A DNA stretch of 64,000 nt, from NCBI GenBank assembly GCA_047495785.1, contig JBLDXI010000023.1, positions 744,001 to 808,000 on the forward strand, in the 5' to 3' direction. This document shows, one piece after another, positions 31,871-43,844 of the stretch. The translations under genes were made by a program, and so were the position numbers. The number at the start of each line of letters is the position of its first letter. Positions within the stretch are counted from its first letter, which is position 1. This DNA is from Lepidodermella squamata (lineage: Eukaryota > Animalia > Gastrotricha). Below the pieces are notes generated by a model that worked only from the letters and a program-made list of their open reading frames with translations, did no database searches and was not told the DNA's origin.

Positions 31871-34108
31871 TCAAGTTTTCCTCCGTTTTTTAAAATCTCC
31901 ACAGAACCATAGAAAGCAAACCAGTATCGTGGCTGTTACACATAGCACTGCTACAGCAATTTCCTGGCCAACCGGTTTACGAGCCAGAATAAGATAGATA
32001 AGCACGCCGGCCGCTTCGATACCAAGCGCGAAGGCCACCTCAAATTTTGCCAGTTGGAAATTTTTCTTCACAACGTTCTTCTGGGACACCTGGCGCAGAT
32101 GAATCGCCCAATTCGAAGCTTGAAGCAAGGGTAAAATTTGAATGGCCAACATGCTCATAACCCAAGCAAGCCTACTGCCAGTCGTGGAATGGCATTCGTC
32201 GCTTACGGTTTCAATCAGAGTGTCGTAGTAGTAGTCGTAGTATGTCTCGAAAGCCGCGGCCTTACATTCAGAAGGGTCTGCCGACTGCCAGGCCGCGAAA
32301 ACAGCCCCACTCACCGCCATCATCAACAGATGTGTCATGATCAAACTTCCCTGTGTCTGCGCCATGATTTGCTTCACGATTTTACGCCGTGTCTCTTGTT
32401 TTTTCACGATTAGACGAGTTTGGAGAGAGACGTGAAAGAAAAGAGCCATTCTTATGACTATACTGCTGTTCATAAGGGTTAGTCCACTCCATATTAGCCC
32501 ATGCTCGAGGTTCCAATGAATAACTGGAGTGAAAAGTCCGTTTTTCACGAAAAACATTGCGCCAACTTGCAGGACAACGCAACCAACTAGGCCGGAAAGT
32601 TTGAAGAACGGCGTGTCGATTACCTTAATCCTGGTTATGTAAAAAGCCGCCAGGAAAACCGTGAAAATGAGCGCCAGAAGAGCGTAGAATAAAACCGCTA
32701 AGCTTTGCCCAAAGCTCGGACCAGCAATTTGTGAGAAGTAAAGCTTAGAATCTCGAGGGGGATTTTTGTCTTCGGTTCTCCATATTGGCCCACTCATCGG
32801 TAGAATTTTCGCCAGGCTTTGATTCGCCTCTGAATTATCTATGACATAGACGCGTTGGAAACCTCTTTCGCGCGTGAAATACGTTAGAAACACCGGGATC
32901 CCTTTCAAGACGCCGTTTTCGTCATAGCGCAGGCGAGCAACTCGCAATCCGCGGTAATCGACCCGCTTCGCCGCTTCGTTGACAATTTGCGAAATTTCCC
33001 TCGGTTTCGCTACATATCGATCCAACGATGAGTTAATCATTTGTAATTGAGTCTCAGCAGCGTCCAACGAAATTACAGACTGAACAACTGCGTCGTGGCA
33101 AATGTACCGGAGCTCGTAGAAGGGACCTCGTGACTTGTTCGTGAACAGGTCGAATTCGTCATCAAATTCTGCCCTTGTGTAGCCGAATGAAGATTTCTGC
33201 CCTGGATCGATGTTCTCGTCGATATTCGTGAACCATAGCATGTACTTCATCTGTTCGATGACGGTGTCTCGTGTACAACCGGGTGGGAAGACTAACAAAG
33301 GGGTAGTCAGGGGGTCTAAAACAGTCGCATAGGCCATGAAAAGGTACCTACCCCCTGTCATCCCTATCGAATAGGTAAAACATAAAAAATGGGTCATGAG
33401 AAATGGATTCGACAGCAGAATAACAACGACACGAATATCAGTGGCTTTGAGGGATTTCACTACGTCCATATCGAACCTTCTCATCGCATCGAACCACGCT
33501 ACTTCTATTCCAACGAGATTTGCTCGTTTTCGAAACGTATCAGCTTCAGTCGCGAATTTGAACATTTCGTAATCGGTGATGATTCCGATTCGGGTCCATT
33601 GCCCGACTTCTTTCACGAACTTGAAGTAAGCCCAATGCCGGGATTCGGTCGCTTCCATCATCATAAAATAGTTCGGGAACCGTGTTTTGTCATTCAGATA
33701 GTCCGCAGGGCATCCCATTGAAATTACGGTAAAATTCATGTTATGAGCCATTAATCCCAAAGCTTTACAGCCGTCGTCGTTGAAAGGTCCAATAACAATA
33801 GGAGCTGGCAGTAGCCACGGCCTTTCCTCCATGAACCTTGTGTAGTTGAAGAATGAGCTTGTTCCAGGTCGAGTTGCTGCTAGATGAGTGTCCCCAAATT
33901 CAAGCTTGATTTTGTAGTCTGGCAAAAATTCCGCTTGATTATTCGCCTTTTTCTCGGCGATTTGAGCCGCTTGCATGCATTCTCGCATCACAGTGTTCTC
34001 CGGGTTTTTCGGCCATTGAAAATTCATCAGGATGTGCAGCGTTTTCGATTTGTCGCCATATGAAACCTGAAGACCTAATATAAGTATGAAACATTCGAGA
34101 AGCACCAT
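31871..34108 (-). CDS. Second divergent intronless class C GPCR (VFT + TM domain, GABA-B-like architecture), about 745 aa
   Basis: ATG at 34108 (MVLLECFILILG); ANNQAEFLPDYKIKL, IVIGPFNDDGC, LNDKTRFPNYF, WTRIGII, FLCFTYSIGMTGGRYLF, W....NPPRD; TM segments; no cysteine-rich domain. Confidence 0.85.
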   Translation of the reverse strand: MVLLECFILILGLQVSYGDKSKTLHILMNFQWPKNPENTVMRECMQAAQIAEKKANNQAEFLPDYKIKLEFGDTHLAATRPGTSSFFNYTRFMEERPWLLPAPIVIGPFNDDGCKALGLMAHNMNFTVISMGCPADYLNDKTRFPNYFMMMEATESRHWAYFKFVKEVGQWTRIGIITDYEMFKFATEADTFRKRANLVGIEVAWFDAMRRFDMDVVKSLKATDIRVVVILLSNPFLMTHFLCFTYSIGMTGGRYLFMAYATVLDPLTTPLLVFPPGCTRDTVIEQMKYMLWFTNIDENIDPGQKSSFGYTRAEFDDEFDLFTNKSRGPFYELRYICHDAVVQSVISLDAAETQLQMINSSLDRYVAKPREISQIVNEAAKRVDYRGLRVARLRYDENGVLKGIPVFLTYFTRERGFQRVYVIDNSEANQSLAKILPMSGPIWRTEDKNPPRDSKLYFSQIAGPSFGQSLAVLFYALLALIFTVFLAAFYITRIKVIDTPFFKLSGLVGCVVLQVGAMFFVKNGLFTPVIHWNLEHGLIWSGLTLMNSSIVIRMALFFHVSLQTRLIVKKQETRRKIVKQIMAQTQGSLIMTHLLMMAVSGAVFAAWQSADPSECKAAAFETYYDYYYDTLIETVSDECHSTTGSRLAWVMSMLAIQILPLLQASNWAIHLRQVSQKNVVKKNFQLAKFEVAFALGIEAAGVLIYLILARKPVGQEIAVAVLCVTATILVCFLWFCGDFKKRRKT

Positions 34109-34385
34109 TTTTCTTAATACTGAACGCAAAACAAATTGAATTGAGATTTATATCTTCCGAGCGTCAATCAGCATAATGCATCTTCTTTGTCACAGATTTC
34201 TAGTCTAACTTGTAGACGAAAAATCACGAAGCAATGAAATGTTGAATAAGAGCAATAAGATAATTAATGTCCGAAATTTGATAGATGGCATAATTTACTT
34301 CAAATCCATCAACAAATAATCTCCGAAAATAAAAGAAACCACTTAAGACTTAAGACATTTCATTAGCTAAGAGCGTGGCGATGGT

Positions 34386-35534
34386 TCATTGATTTTTACT
34401 AAGAATAAGGCAAAAGCACACCGCGTTTAGAAGAAACAGTAAAAAAACAGCGACGACGAACATTGAAATATCAATAATGAGGTACAGTTTTAAGCCTCTC
34501 CGCTTCCCCTGTAATAAAAGCTGCCGATTCGCTAGATCAGGTCTCAGCGTGATGAATGAGCATATCGCCCCGGCGTAGATTACGCAAAGCATCGCGAAAA
34601 CCATCTGGCCGAATGTGTAGTAAGCCGCGACAATGGGCCGCGGTGTTTTCGGCAGGCTATTTGTGATTTGATCCTGCAGGACGAAATACGACAGCATAAC
34701 AGTGCAGGAGAAAGTAGCTCGATCCGGAGTTTCAGCCGGGATTAGGAATGAGGCGAGGACTAAGACTGATAGGACGTTACTAGGTGCAAAAAGCTGAACC
34801 AAGTAATACTGTGGCTTTCGTTTAAAGGTCAGCCATAAATGAGCCTCTGAGACTGTATAGTTGAACCCTTCGTCTGTTTTCACAGTTTTGTTAAACGGGA
34901 AAGCTTCCGTGGCCAAAAGTACCCAATTAGAGTTATCGGGCAGGAAATTTTCAGAAATCTCGCTCAAAGTGACTGCTTGAAAATATACAACCTTTACAGG
35001 CTGGTTTTGGTTGAATATAACGACGCATTTTTGCTGGTCGAATGGGAAGGCGTATAGGTCCACGTCGCAAATCGACGCTAACCTCATGTATCTAGACACG
35101 ATGAACATGCATCTGGTCATATAGATGGTCAAAGCACCTCCTTGGGTTACTTCCAACGTTTCTGCAACATTATTTCTGTGAAATATGTTCGGTGTCCAAT
35201 AATCGGCGATGTCTTCAAGGTACAAATTTTGGATGATTTGCGGCCAAATTGATCGGTTGTTGTAGGTTTCGACCAGGCAAGGCTCGCGCCATTTTGCGAC
35301 GACCAGGGTGGAAATTTGAAACGACTCCGCAACATCGTCTAGGCCGAAGAATCGGTCCAGATTAAAACTGAACGAGAATTGTAAGGTATCGTTAATGCGA
35401 GGGGTGTCTATCCACGGGGCGACGTTGCATTGGCTCAGGATGACACTGCTCGCGCGAAAATTCATCGGCAATTCGATAGCTTGAACTCCGCCCACGAGAA
35501 AAATCAGAAAAAGGCTAGTTTCACAGAGCAGCAT
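34386..35534 (-). CDS. Divergent Cys-loop LGIC subunit L2 (intronless, 382 aa)
   Basis: YWTPNIFHRN, CDVDLYAFPFDQQKC, FKRKPQYYL, PDRATFSCTVML, LPKTP, 4 TM. Confidence 0.93.
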   Translation of the reverse strand: MLLCETSLFLIFLVGGVQAIELPMNFRASSVILSQCNVAPWIDTPRINDTLQFSFSFNLDRFFGLDDVAESFQISTLVVAKWREPCLVETYNNRSIWPQIIQNLYLEDIADYWTPNIFHRNNVAETLEVTQGGALTIYMTRCMFIVSRYMRLASICDVDLYAFPFDQQKCVVIFNQNQPVKVVYFQAVTLSEISENFLPDNSNWVLLATEAFPFNKTVKTDEGFNYTVSEAHLWLTFKRKPQYYLVQLFAPSNVLSVLVLASFLIPAETPDRATFSCTVMLSYFVLQDQITNSLPKTPRPIVAAYYTFGQMVFAMLCVIYAGAICSFITLRPDLANRQLLLQGKRRGLKLYLIIDISMFVVAVFLLFLLNAVCFCLILSKNQ

Positions 35535-35963
35535 GTTAGAATGCGAGTGGATAACGAACCAGTGAATGACAGCTTTACAGCATACTTATATTGCAGCATG
35601 TGATTTTCGATTGATAATTGAAACGCAAATAATGGCGCAATATACAGTGGGTAGTTCAAACAAGCTAGCGAATCTCTAGTTTCAGCTGCGGAAATACTTG
35701 TTTGCACTATTACATCAGGTTTGGGATGTGAAAAATTCATTTCATCAAATCGTCGAAGGGAGGGCGTTCCCCCACTATAAGTGGTCCAGGAAAGAAAACC
35801 CTTAACCCAGAGGAACCACAGGGGACCTTTTGGTCACATAAATTCTGGGCTGAATACTCTCCCCTCGGAGACCATACTTCGCCGACTGATAAACAGGTTA
35901 ATGTAGCAGATAAATTATGAATACGGCATATTTAGTTGGAAGAGGAAAGTTGAAATTTATACT

Positions 35964-36864
35964 TCATTCATACTTTATTTCGGAGAAACATCTGTCTATA
36001 TCGCATAGTTCATCGTAAAATGTGATATAATTACGGTCATTGGCAAAAAGATGGCGAAGTCTTGGTCCTAATTGTACCATGTTGGTTATAGACAACTTAA
36101 GATAGACGATATTTGGATAACTTTTAAAGTCGTTGTAAAAGTTGACGATTCTACGTGTCCACTGTTCACAATAACAAATAGATGCGCTCACATGAGGTAT
36201 GAAACCTCTATCATTTCCTTTGCGCTCAACATATTTTTCTCGTAGAAGCTGGATACATTCTCCTAGCTTGAAGAATTTGAACAGTGCGACAGAATTCAGG
36301 TTGCTCAAATCTTTTAACAGTTTCTTGGCATATTCGATAAGATCACTGGAGGAAAAGGATTTCATATCGATTTTGATATCACTGATACTAGAGCTAGAAG
36401 CATTCAAAGCACATTTACAAATTTTCAGGAATTTTAAGAGCTGTCCATCTGTTTGAATTAAATGTCGCTTACCATCCGGTCCCTTTTAAAAGAAATTTCA
36501 AGTTAGAAGAATGGCCAAAATGGGACAGCCTTACCATCATCATTGGAGTTGGAATTCTCTCGTTCCTTGGATTATCATTCAGCTTTCGTTTCCTATTACC
36601 TTTCTGTCGTTCAGTCGGCATCTCTTCGAAAAGAGTGGGAAGTTTTTTTGAAAGAGCTAAAATGGCTTCACATGGCTTCTTGGCTTGTTCCAGTTGATTT
36701 CTGACAGTTTCGCAAACATCGCCATTAGGCAAAGTTTTGATGGCCTTGTCACAGTTCGCAAGGCTAATTAAAAGGGAGAAGCTATTAATAAATATTCTGG
36801 AAACAAATAACAAAACTTACTGCTCCAGCAGGCTACCCTCACTATTCTGCGAAATTCTTCCCAT
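35964..36864 (-). CDS. Uncharacterised three-exon gene (soluble, helical, basic patch RKRK)
   Basis: ATG 36864 MGRISQNSEGSLLE, GTAAG intron, LANCDKAIK...PTPMMM, GTAAG intron, exon from 36482 GPDGKRHL... in frame with ORF 35964-36407. Splice phases are consistent. Confidence 0.6.
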
Positions 36865-37585
36865 TTTTCAGCCTTCTCATTTCTTTCTTCAATCAGGTCC
36901 AAACTGGCCATGGCTATATGCGTAAACTTAGTTGATCCAAGAATAAGAAGTCTCTATGAAGAGCAGAGATGGCGGGGCTTACATTTCTTAAGCACTTTTA
37001 CATTCGTCGTCCAATTCACTACATGCATAAATTCGTAGAATGCATGTTTTCGCTTTTCGCTACCGTTGCCATGGTGGAAACCCAGATCTATTGAAACATT
37101 TCAATAATCTGCCTATTCACGCTCATAAGCGCGAGAAATAGTCAAAACAGCAACGATGAATAAGTAGCCATAGACAGTGAAATGCTTCACGTCAAAATAC
37201 TCTGAGTTGAGGCAGTACGTGCTGTCTTCATTAAAACGAGATGTAGCCCTAGTACGGAAAATTCGGAGAATTGTTGTTTGGTTGAGGAGAAATATCTGGT
37301 CAGTTTCTCAGCCTTGAGGAATTCGAAAATTCAGGATAAAATCGTTCGGCTAGTAATTAGACACGACGCTTTCTTTTTAGCCTAGGACTAGTTTTTCAAT
37401 CCTGCTTCTACTCCAGCCGTACCTCAGTAAGCATGCGGGATATGCTGTGGATATCTGATTCACTCCAGTCATTTATTGAAAAGATGAACAACAACGCAGT
37501 TTGAAATCGAGAATTAGAAGGCAGAACATCAGTACGGCCAATATTTAGAATAAATGTTAAACTTCGGCTATTTTCGTTTCGTAGC

Positions 37586-38959
37586 TTAGACATCAAGCAT
37601 AGATGCTGCAATGACGTTGATCATAATCTGAGCCGTGATGGCAGCTAAAAAGAACGCGACGTCGATGATGCGATAGAGGGGTCGTTTCAGGTGTATGACC
37701 GGCATCGAAAGCATGCGGTTAGCTGTGGTTGGGCAAATTGAGATGAAACAACACAGTGCCCCCGAATAGACAACAATTTTAGTCGCGAACAGCGTCTGAA
37801 CCAGCATGTAAACTCCGGCGGTCATTGGCTTCGGTGTTCGAGGCAAAGCTGCTTGAACGTTTGACTGGAAAATAGAAGTAATTGATTTTATTTAATTTTT
37901 TCTGAAATCATTTCATTGAAATCAAAGTTTCATTTTATTTGAATTTTAATTATAACTGAGAACTGAGGTGAATTTTAATTAAATTTTGTATACAAACGGT
38001 CAAAAGCTCACCTGGAGGACAAAAATCGATAGCATGACAGTGCAAGCATAAGTAGGACGATCTGGAGCTTCCCCAGGAATGAAAAACGCGCACAGAACCA
38101 GAAGGCTGAGAATCAAACTCGGGGCATAGTAATTCATTATGTAGAAATGGGGCAGCCGTTGAAACGTCATGTCGAAACTTGCTTTGCTGTAAAAGACGTC
38201 AGCTGCGAAGAAGGAGGCGTTGTTCAAGTCTTTGAGATGCTTCCAGCCCGCATTTAGTGGCATGAACTGTCGGGTGTTTTCTTTAGCGCTCATGAATTTA
38301 GCTGCGTCAAATACAGCGAAGTGCTTGTCTTGTTTCAACAGAAACTCGAATTGACACGTTTGCCTGCGAATTGAAACAAAAAGTTTGAAGGACAAATTCT
38401 TCGACCGATGTCAATACCTGTCAAATGGGAATTTGTCGATCTCCAAGTAGCAATGAGTCGTGAAAGTTCCGTAAATCATCGTGACGAAATTTCCTGTCGT
38501 CATATCAACTGAAAGGATACGGTTGAAGTCATCACCTTTCATTCCACTATTCGACATGCTGTTTATCAAGAACAGTTGCGGGGACCAATAGCTGGCTGGA
38601 TCTTCCATTGTTAGAGCTTTCAGCCTTGGAGGCCAGTATACGTCGTCACTCTTACTTCTCGTGACGTTGTTGTAGAGATTTCGAACGCAAGAAACGTTCC
38701 AACTCATCATGATACTGGCATCGATGGTGAATGATTCGCCGATATCGTCAATTTGAAAAAACGTCATAGGTTGGAGGCCGACTGAAAGTTTGGTCGGGCA
38801 GCCTTCTAGCTCACTAGGAGAATTCACTGTTGGTGAGATCCGGCAGTTGTCAAGGATAGCCTGTGTAGGGTTGAAATTGTACTCATAGTCTCCGGCGCTT
38901 TCCAGAGCTACAACTCCGCACAGCAGATTCAAAAAAGTGAACAACTTGAGTGAAGACAT
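37586..38959 (-). CDS. Divergent Cys-loop LGIC subunit L3 (3 exons; close paralog of L1)
   Basis: Exons about 38959-38418, 38363-38012, 37865-37586. CYLEIDKFPFDR/QTC; PDRPTYACTVML. Confidence 0.92.
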
Positions 38960-39360
38960 TTATTGAAACAAATTCGATTATAATGCTTGACTGCAGTTGA
39001 GCAGCTTCAAATTCAGTTGCCTATCAAATCAGGAAATTTTGGCGAAAAAAACAAGTAATATTAACATTTTTTGCTCGCATTGGTTCTGCGCTTAATTTCC
39101 GATGTCGTGCATTTTTCTGCATTTCCCCAAAACATTGAATACTGGCTCGGTGGGAGCTTTCATCGAATTTGGTATATTATTGCGGACGATCGTGGCAAAA
39201 AACAAGATATATTGGAGTTTCTGGGCCCTAGGGCCGATGCCAATTTCCGTTTCCATGATTTTTCTCTGTCAAACACCAACATATTTTTCGCTCCAAGAAG
39301 TCTCTTTTCGAAGGCAACAGGCAAGACCTTCGAGAGAAGGACTTGGTTTAATTAAAAAAT

Positions 39361-40676
39361 TCACGTTGTGTTGGCGATAATTGTCGTAGTGACATTCAGC
39401 ACAATCAAATAGCCAACGGCCATGCAAAATACGGTGCAATCAATGACTTTATATAAGGCGTGTGAAGTTTTAAAACAGCAAATTTGAATCCGCTTTTTAG
39501 CTTGCCTCTGGTATATGTTAACAAATCCGCACATCGCAGCGCTGTAGATGACGCAAAGTGTTGCAAACAGGATTTGAACCAGGCTGAAGTACGAAGCTAG
39601 AATAGGCTTCGGCGTTTCGGGTAGGCTCGCACTGATGTTGTCCTAACAATGGGAAAAATCGAAGAAGTATACAAATGATTTGACTACCCAATAACGCGGT
39701 ATTTGATTGTTGATAAACCAACCTGAAGAACAGAAATTGACATGAGAACCGTACATGCGAAAGTTGGTCGATCCGGCATTTCGGCAGGAATGAAAAACGC
39801 CGAAACAATAAGAACTGAGAGGATCACACTCGGAGCGTACAACGTCAGTAGATGATACTGTGGCAACCGCTGGAAATGAATTTCGAAGATGGCCGAGGTA
39901 AAATCGTAGGGTCTCTGCAACTTGACTGCAACATCGCGCCCAACAATTACCCAATCCGAGTTTTTTGGCATTAAATGAAAACCGATGTCGAATTTATTCA
40001 TATAATCTGCCGCAACTATTTGCGCGAAATATTTGTTCTGCTGGAGCGTGAATGACAAGTGGCAGGATTGCCTTGAAAAAACTCAGCTGATTGCTGATTT
40101 CATAAATTGCATATTTACAAACTTATCAAATGGGAAATACGTGACATCGATGTCGCAGTGAGATTCGAATTTTCCAATGATATTTGCAAAGAAATAGCCG
40201 CCATTAGCCACGTCGATCATTAGATTTCGCCCGTAACCGTCGCGCATGGATTGGTCACCCTTGCTATTACTGTGGAAAACAAGTGGCCACCAATAACTGG
40301 CGGGGTCCTCGAGGCTAAGAAATTTAACCATCGGCGGCCAGTAATCGAAGGTCGAGTTGGGATTTGCGGTGATGTTGTTGTACAAATCAGCGATGCAAGG
40401 GACGGACCAAGAAAAGCTAAGGGCCCCGCTTATAGTAAGCGATTCTTGAACATCGTCGATGCTGTGGAAGATTAGAAGGTCCAAATTGACTGATACATTC
40501 GTCGGCAAACCATCCATCTCACTCGGTGAATTAACCGAAGGGAATAGTCGACAATTATCGAGAATGACATCCTGAGGCTTGAATTTGAGTAGATACGGGT
40601 CTTTGGTTGCCGTGCAGGATAGAATCGGTAGCAAGACAAATTTAACTAGGCAGTGAAGCAGAAATTGGGGCATCAT
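39361..40676 (-). CDS. Divergent Cys-loop LGIC subunit L4 (3 exons)
   Basis: CDIDVTYFPFDK/QSC; PDRPTFACTVLMS; last exon DNISASLPETPKP...IIANTT* with TGA at 39363-39361. Confidence 0.9.
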
Positions 40677-41435
40677 TTTTTGCACGTAGGTCTAATCGAT
40701 AGTGATGTTTTTACAGACACAAGGCCATCTATGAGTACTACTGACGATTCGAGACCAATGCTGCCGAATGTTTTTGGGGATAATCGATAAAACAAACGGT
40801 GAGCTCTCACCCACAGCAGTTGTTCATATCCGCCGTCACCATGGTTTAATGATGCGAGAATGAAATTCAGGCATAGTTATTTATTGCCGCTACCTATCAG
40901 TCAAATCTTTTATTCCCAGAAGGGTAATCCCATGCAAATTCGACCGATGACGAAACCGGAAACCGTCCACAGTAATTTATCTCGAATACAGCAACAGAGG
41001 CACGCAAAATGGGCAATGGCAAGGCGACAAATTCACGCCATATCGTTCTTCGCTCTCAATACTTTTAAGGTTATCTCGATTTTATGGGTGATTTTGTGAT
41101 TCGAGCGGTGAATGGTGAATCATATCCAATGGAATTCAGTTGCGCGATCGCTATCACTCAAAGCACCTTTTCATTCAAATCCACGCGAACAAGAGGTAAC
41201 AGGTACTTGGCATGCGTTTCATATATTTACCGCCCTAAACCCTAAAGGTTCACAACAGCTTGTTGAATTGTTTCATCAGTGTCTTCACTTGATTTTGTTG
41301 TATAAAGCTTGCTGATACGTACGCCGTCTCGTTTTGTGATACTGCGAACAAAAAGCAATATTCACTATGTAAACATGTGCCCGGTGGCTTTCAATAATAA
41401 AATTTGCAGGTCGCAGGAAAAACAGGAAACAATGG

Positions 41436-42849
41436 TTACTGAGGAGCGTTACTAGCTATTATAACAGCCGCGATATTGGCTAGCACCAATAAGCCAACAT
41501 GAATAATGAAAACTATCAAGTCTACGACCCGATACAGCGCGACTTTTTGACCTGTGAACAGCAATCTGACAGGTTTGTTTGCTAGCCGAGGGTATCCGGA
41601 TATGAAGCCATTCATGGCAGCTGCATGCATCACAATCAACATAGCCAGCAACGTGAGAGCAAGCGAAAAATGCGCCGCGAAAATTGGCTTCGGCGTTTTC
41701 GGTAGCATCGCAGATATCATAGTCTTATAAATTGAAGAAACAAAATTGAAATATCCCCTTCGCCGTGAAAAAGCAAAACCTCTTGATATGTTATAGACAG
41801 CATAACCGTGCAGGCAAATGCTGACCTATCCGTAGCATCGGCTGGCATGAAGAATGACGAAATTGCCAGGATGTTGAAGAGTAAACTGGGAACGTAGAGA
41901 TTGAGGAGGTAATGCTCTGGTCGTCGGCGCCAGGTAAAGAAATAATCAGCTTTAGAGAAGTTCCTCGGCGGGCCGTCTACTTTGAAGGCTGATCGTTTGC
42001 GTACAAATTTCCACTCAGTGTTCACGGGATAGTTCACGAACTGCGTGATTCCTGCGTCGAAATCGACTTTGCTAAACTTGACGAATTCACTGCTGTGTTG
42101 CAGCGTGAACGCTATGCGACATTCGTGTCTAAAATCGGAAAGAACGGTTGTAAAGATAGAAACTACAGCCCCCACCTGGAGGATCCTAGTTCATCTACTG
42201 ATTGCGCTTAAAGATTAGGTAATAAACAATTAAGCTTTAAGAAATGTGGGTTGCTCAATTCATGAAAACGAATTTCGAAACGTATTTCATATCAGTTAGA
42301 AACTTACTGATCAAATGGGAAATAGGTCATATCCAAATCGCATCTTGTATCAAACGAGCCGTAGTAAGAAAACATGAAGAGGCCATCATTCGCTAAATTG
42401 ATTTCTAGCGCCTTTGTAATTGTTTCTCCCGTCATCGCTTTGTCATACATCGCATTGCCTTGCGTTAAAACTGGTCGCCAATAATTATACGAATCTTCCC
42501 TAGACAGCACTCTCAATTGCGGCGGCCAGTAATGGAAATCGCCTGGAATTTCTGATACATTTCGATACAAATTGTGCACGCAAGGGACGTTCCAAGTTAA
42601 AGTGAACATGGCGTCGTACGTGAAGTACTCGGCTACGTCGTCCATTTTAGCGAATAATATCGGCCGCATCGACAGTGAAATGTTAGTTGCGAAATCCTCC
42701 AGGTCTGATGGGGAATTCACAGTTGGCTGAACGCGGCAGTTGCTCAGTATGGTCTGGGTAGGATTGAATGTCCTAAGATACACAGTGCTGTTACTGTACA
42801 GGCCGTTGACAGTCGTGAAAAGAAAAACAGTGCTCAAAAACTGCAGCAT
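41436..42849 (-). CDS. Divergent Cys-loop LGIC subunit L5 (3 exons)
   Basis: CDLDMTYFPFDQ/HEC; WRRRPEHYLLN; TDRSAFACTVML; LPKTPKP; introns at the same positions as L1, L3 and L4. Confidence 0.9.
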
Positions 42850-43844
42850 TGATAATAAACTTTTAAACTGAATACTTATTGCAATATTGCAAATATCTCA
42901 GCCCGATTCTCTGACGCCTACCTGCAGGGCAGAGTTATCATTTTTCGCAATATCCATACTCCCGGATCAATAGGCTTGACAAATAACCCTTCTATATCAA
43001 AATAGCTCTACCATTGCAGGAGTAAGCTTATACTTATAAGGCCATAGCAGCCCTTATAAGGCCACAAACTAACCAGACTACAAAACCACTGATGTAGGTA
43101 AAACGATGTATTTATATTGACAAATCCGATGGCACCTATTTACATTGCTTTTTATTTTAATGGTAGCTTCAGTTTACATTGCGTCGTTCCTTGCAGTACA
43201 GTATGCTGTGTTTAGCTTTCGAAGTTGATAGCCAACATTGCCAATATACAAAAAAGAAAGATATCTCTATTGCCAGTGGTGAGAAGCCTGCTGAAACTGG
43301 TGTTAGTGCGATAACTGCCGATCCATTACGTGATCTGATAAAACACGGTTGTTGATTTTAATAAAACAGTTAATATTGCAGAATTAAACTTCAGAGCCTC
43401 GAACCCCTTGAAATTTGATTTATTCATGCTTTTGAAAAGCCACATTTTGACAGATTTTATCTGCTCAATTTACAAATACAAAATCGCTACGTGACTCAAA
43501 CGGTTAACCGGTTGACTATATAAATGTCAAATGTCATAGAATGACTACCTATGAGAATTTCGGTTACAGGACTTATATTTATTTTGAACTAGAGAGCCAG
43601 CGGTACATTCCTACGCTGTACATTATGCGGCACTTTTACGGTAGAGACGTGACTGGAGATCGCGTCATTGTGCTTTATGCTATAGATTACTTTTCAAGTC
43701 AAATTAATAATTTAGATATAAAATTACTTACTAGCATGAATGAGTATACTCCAGTAAATGAGATCGAGATTATCATATATCCGATAAAGTACAGAAAAAT
43801 CGTATCATGAACAGTTTCCATTGGAACATACATATTCAAAATAT

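Noticed and set aside
36449-36472. 24-nt GT-AG micro-intron in the orphan gene
   Set aside because: Much shorter than the other introns here, and it reads through in frame without a stop.
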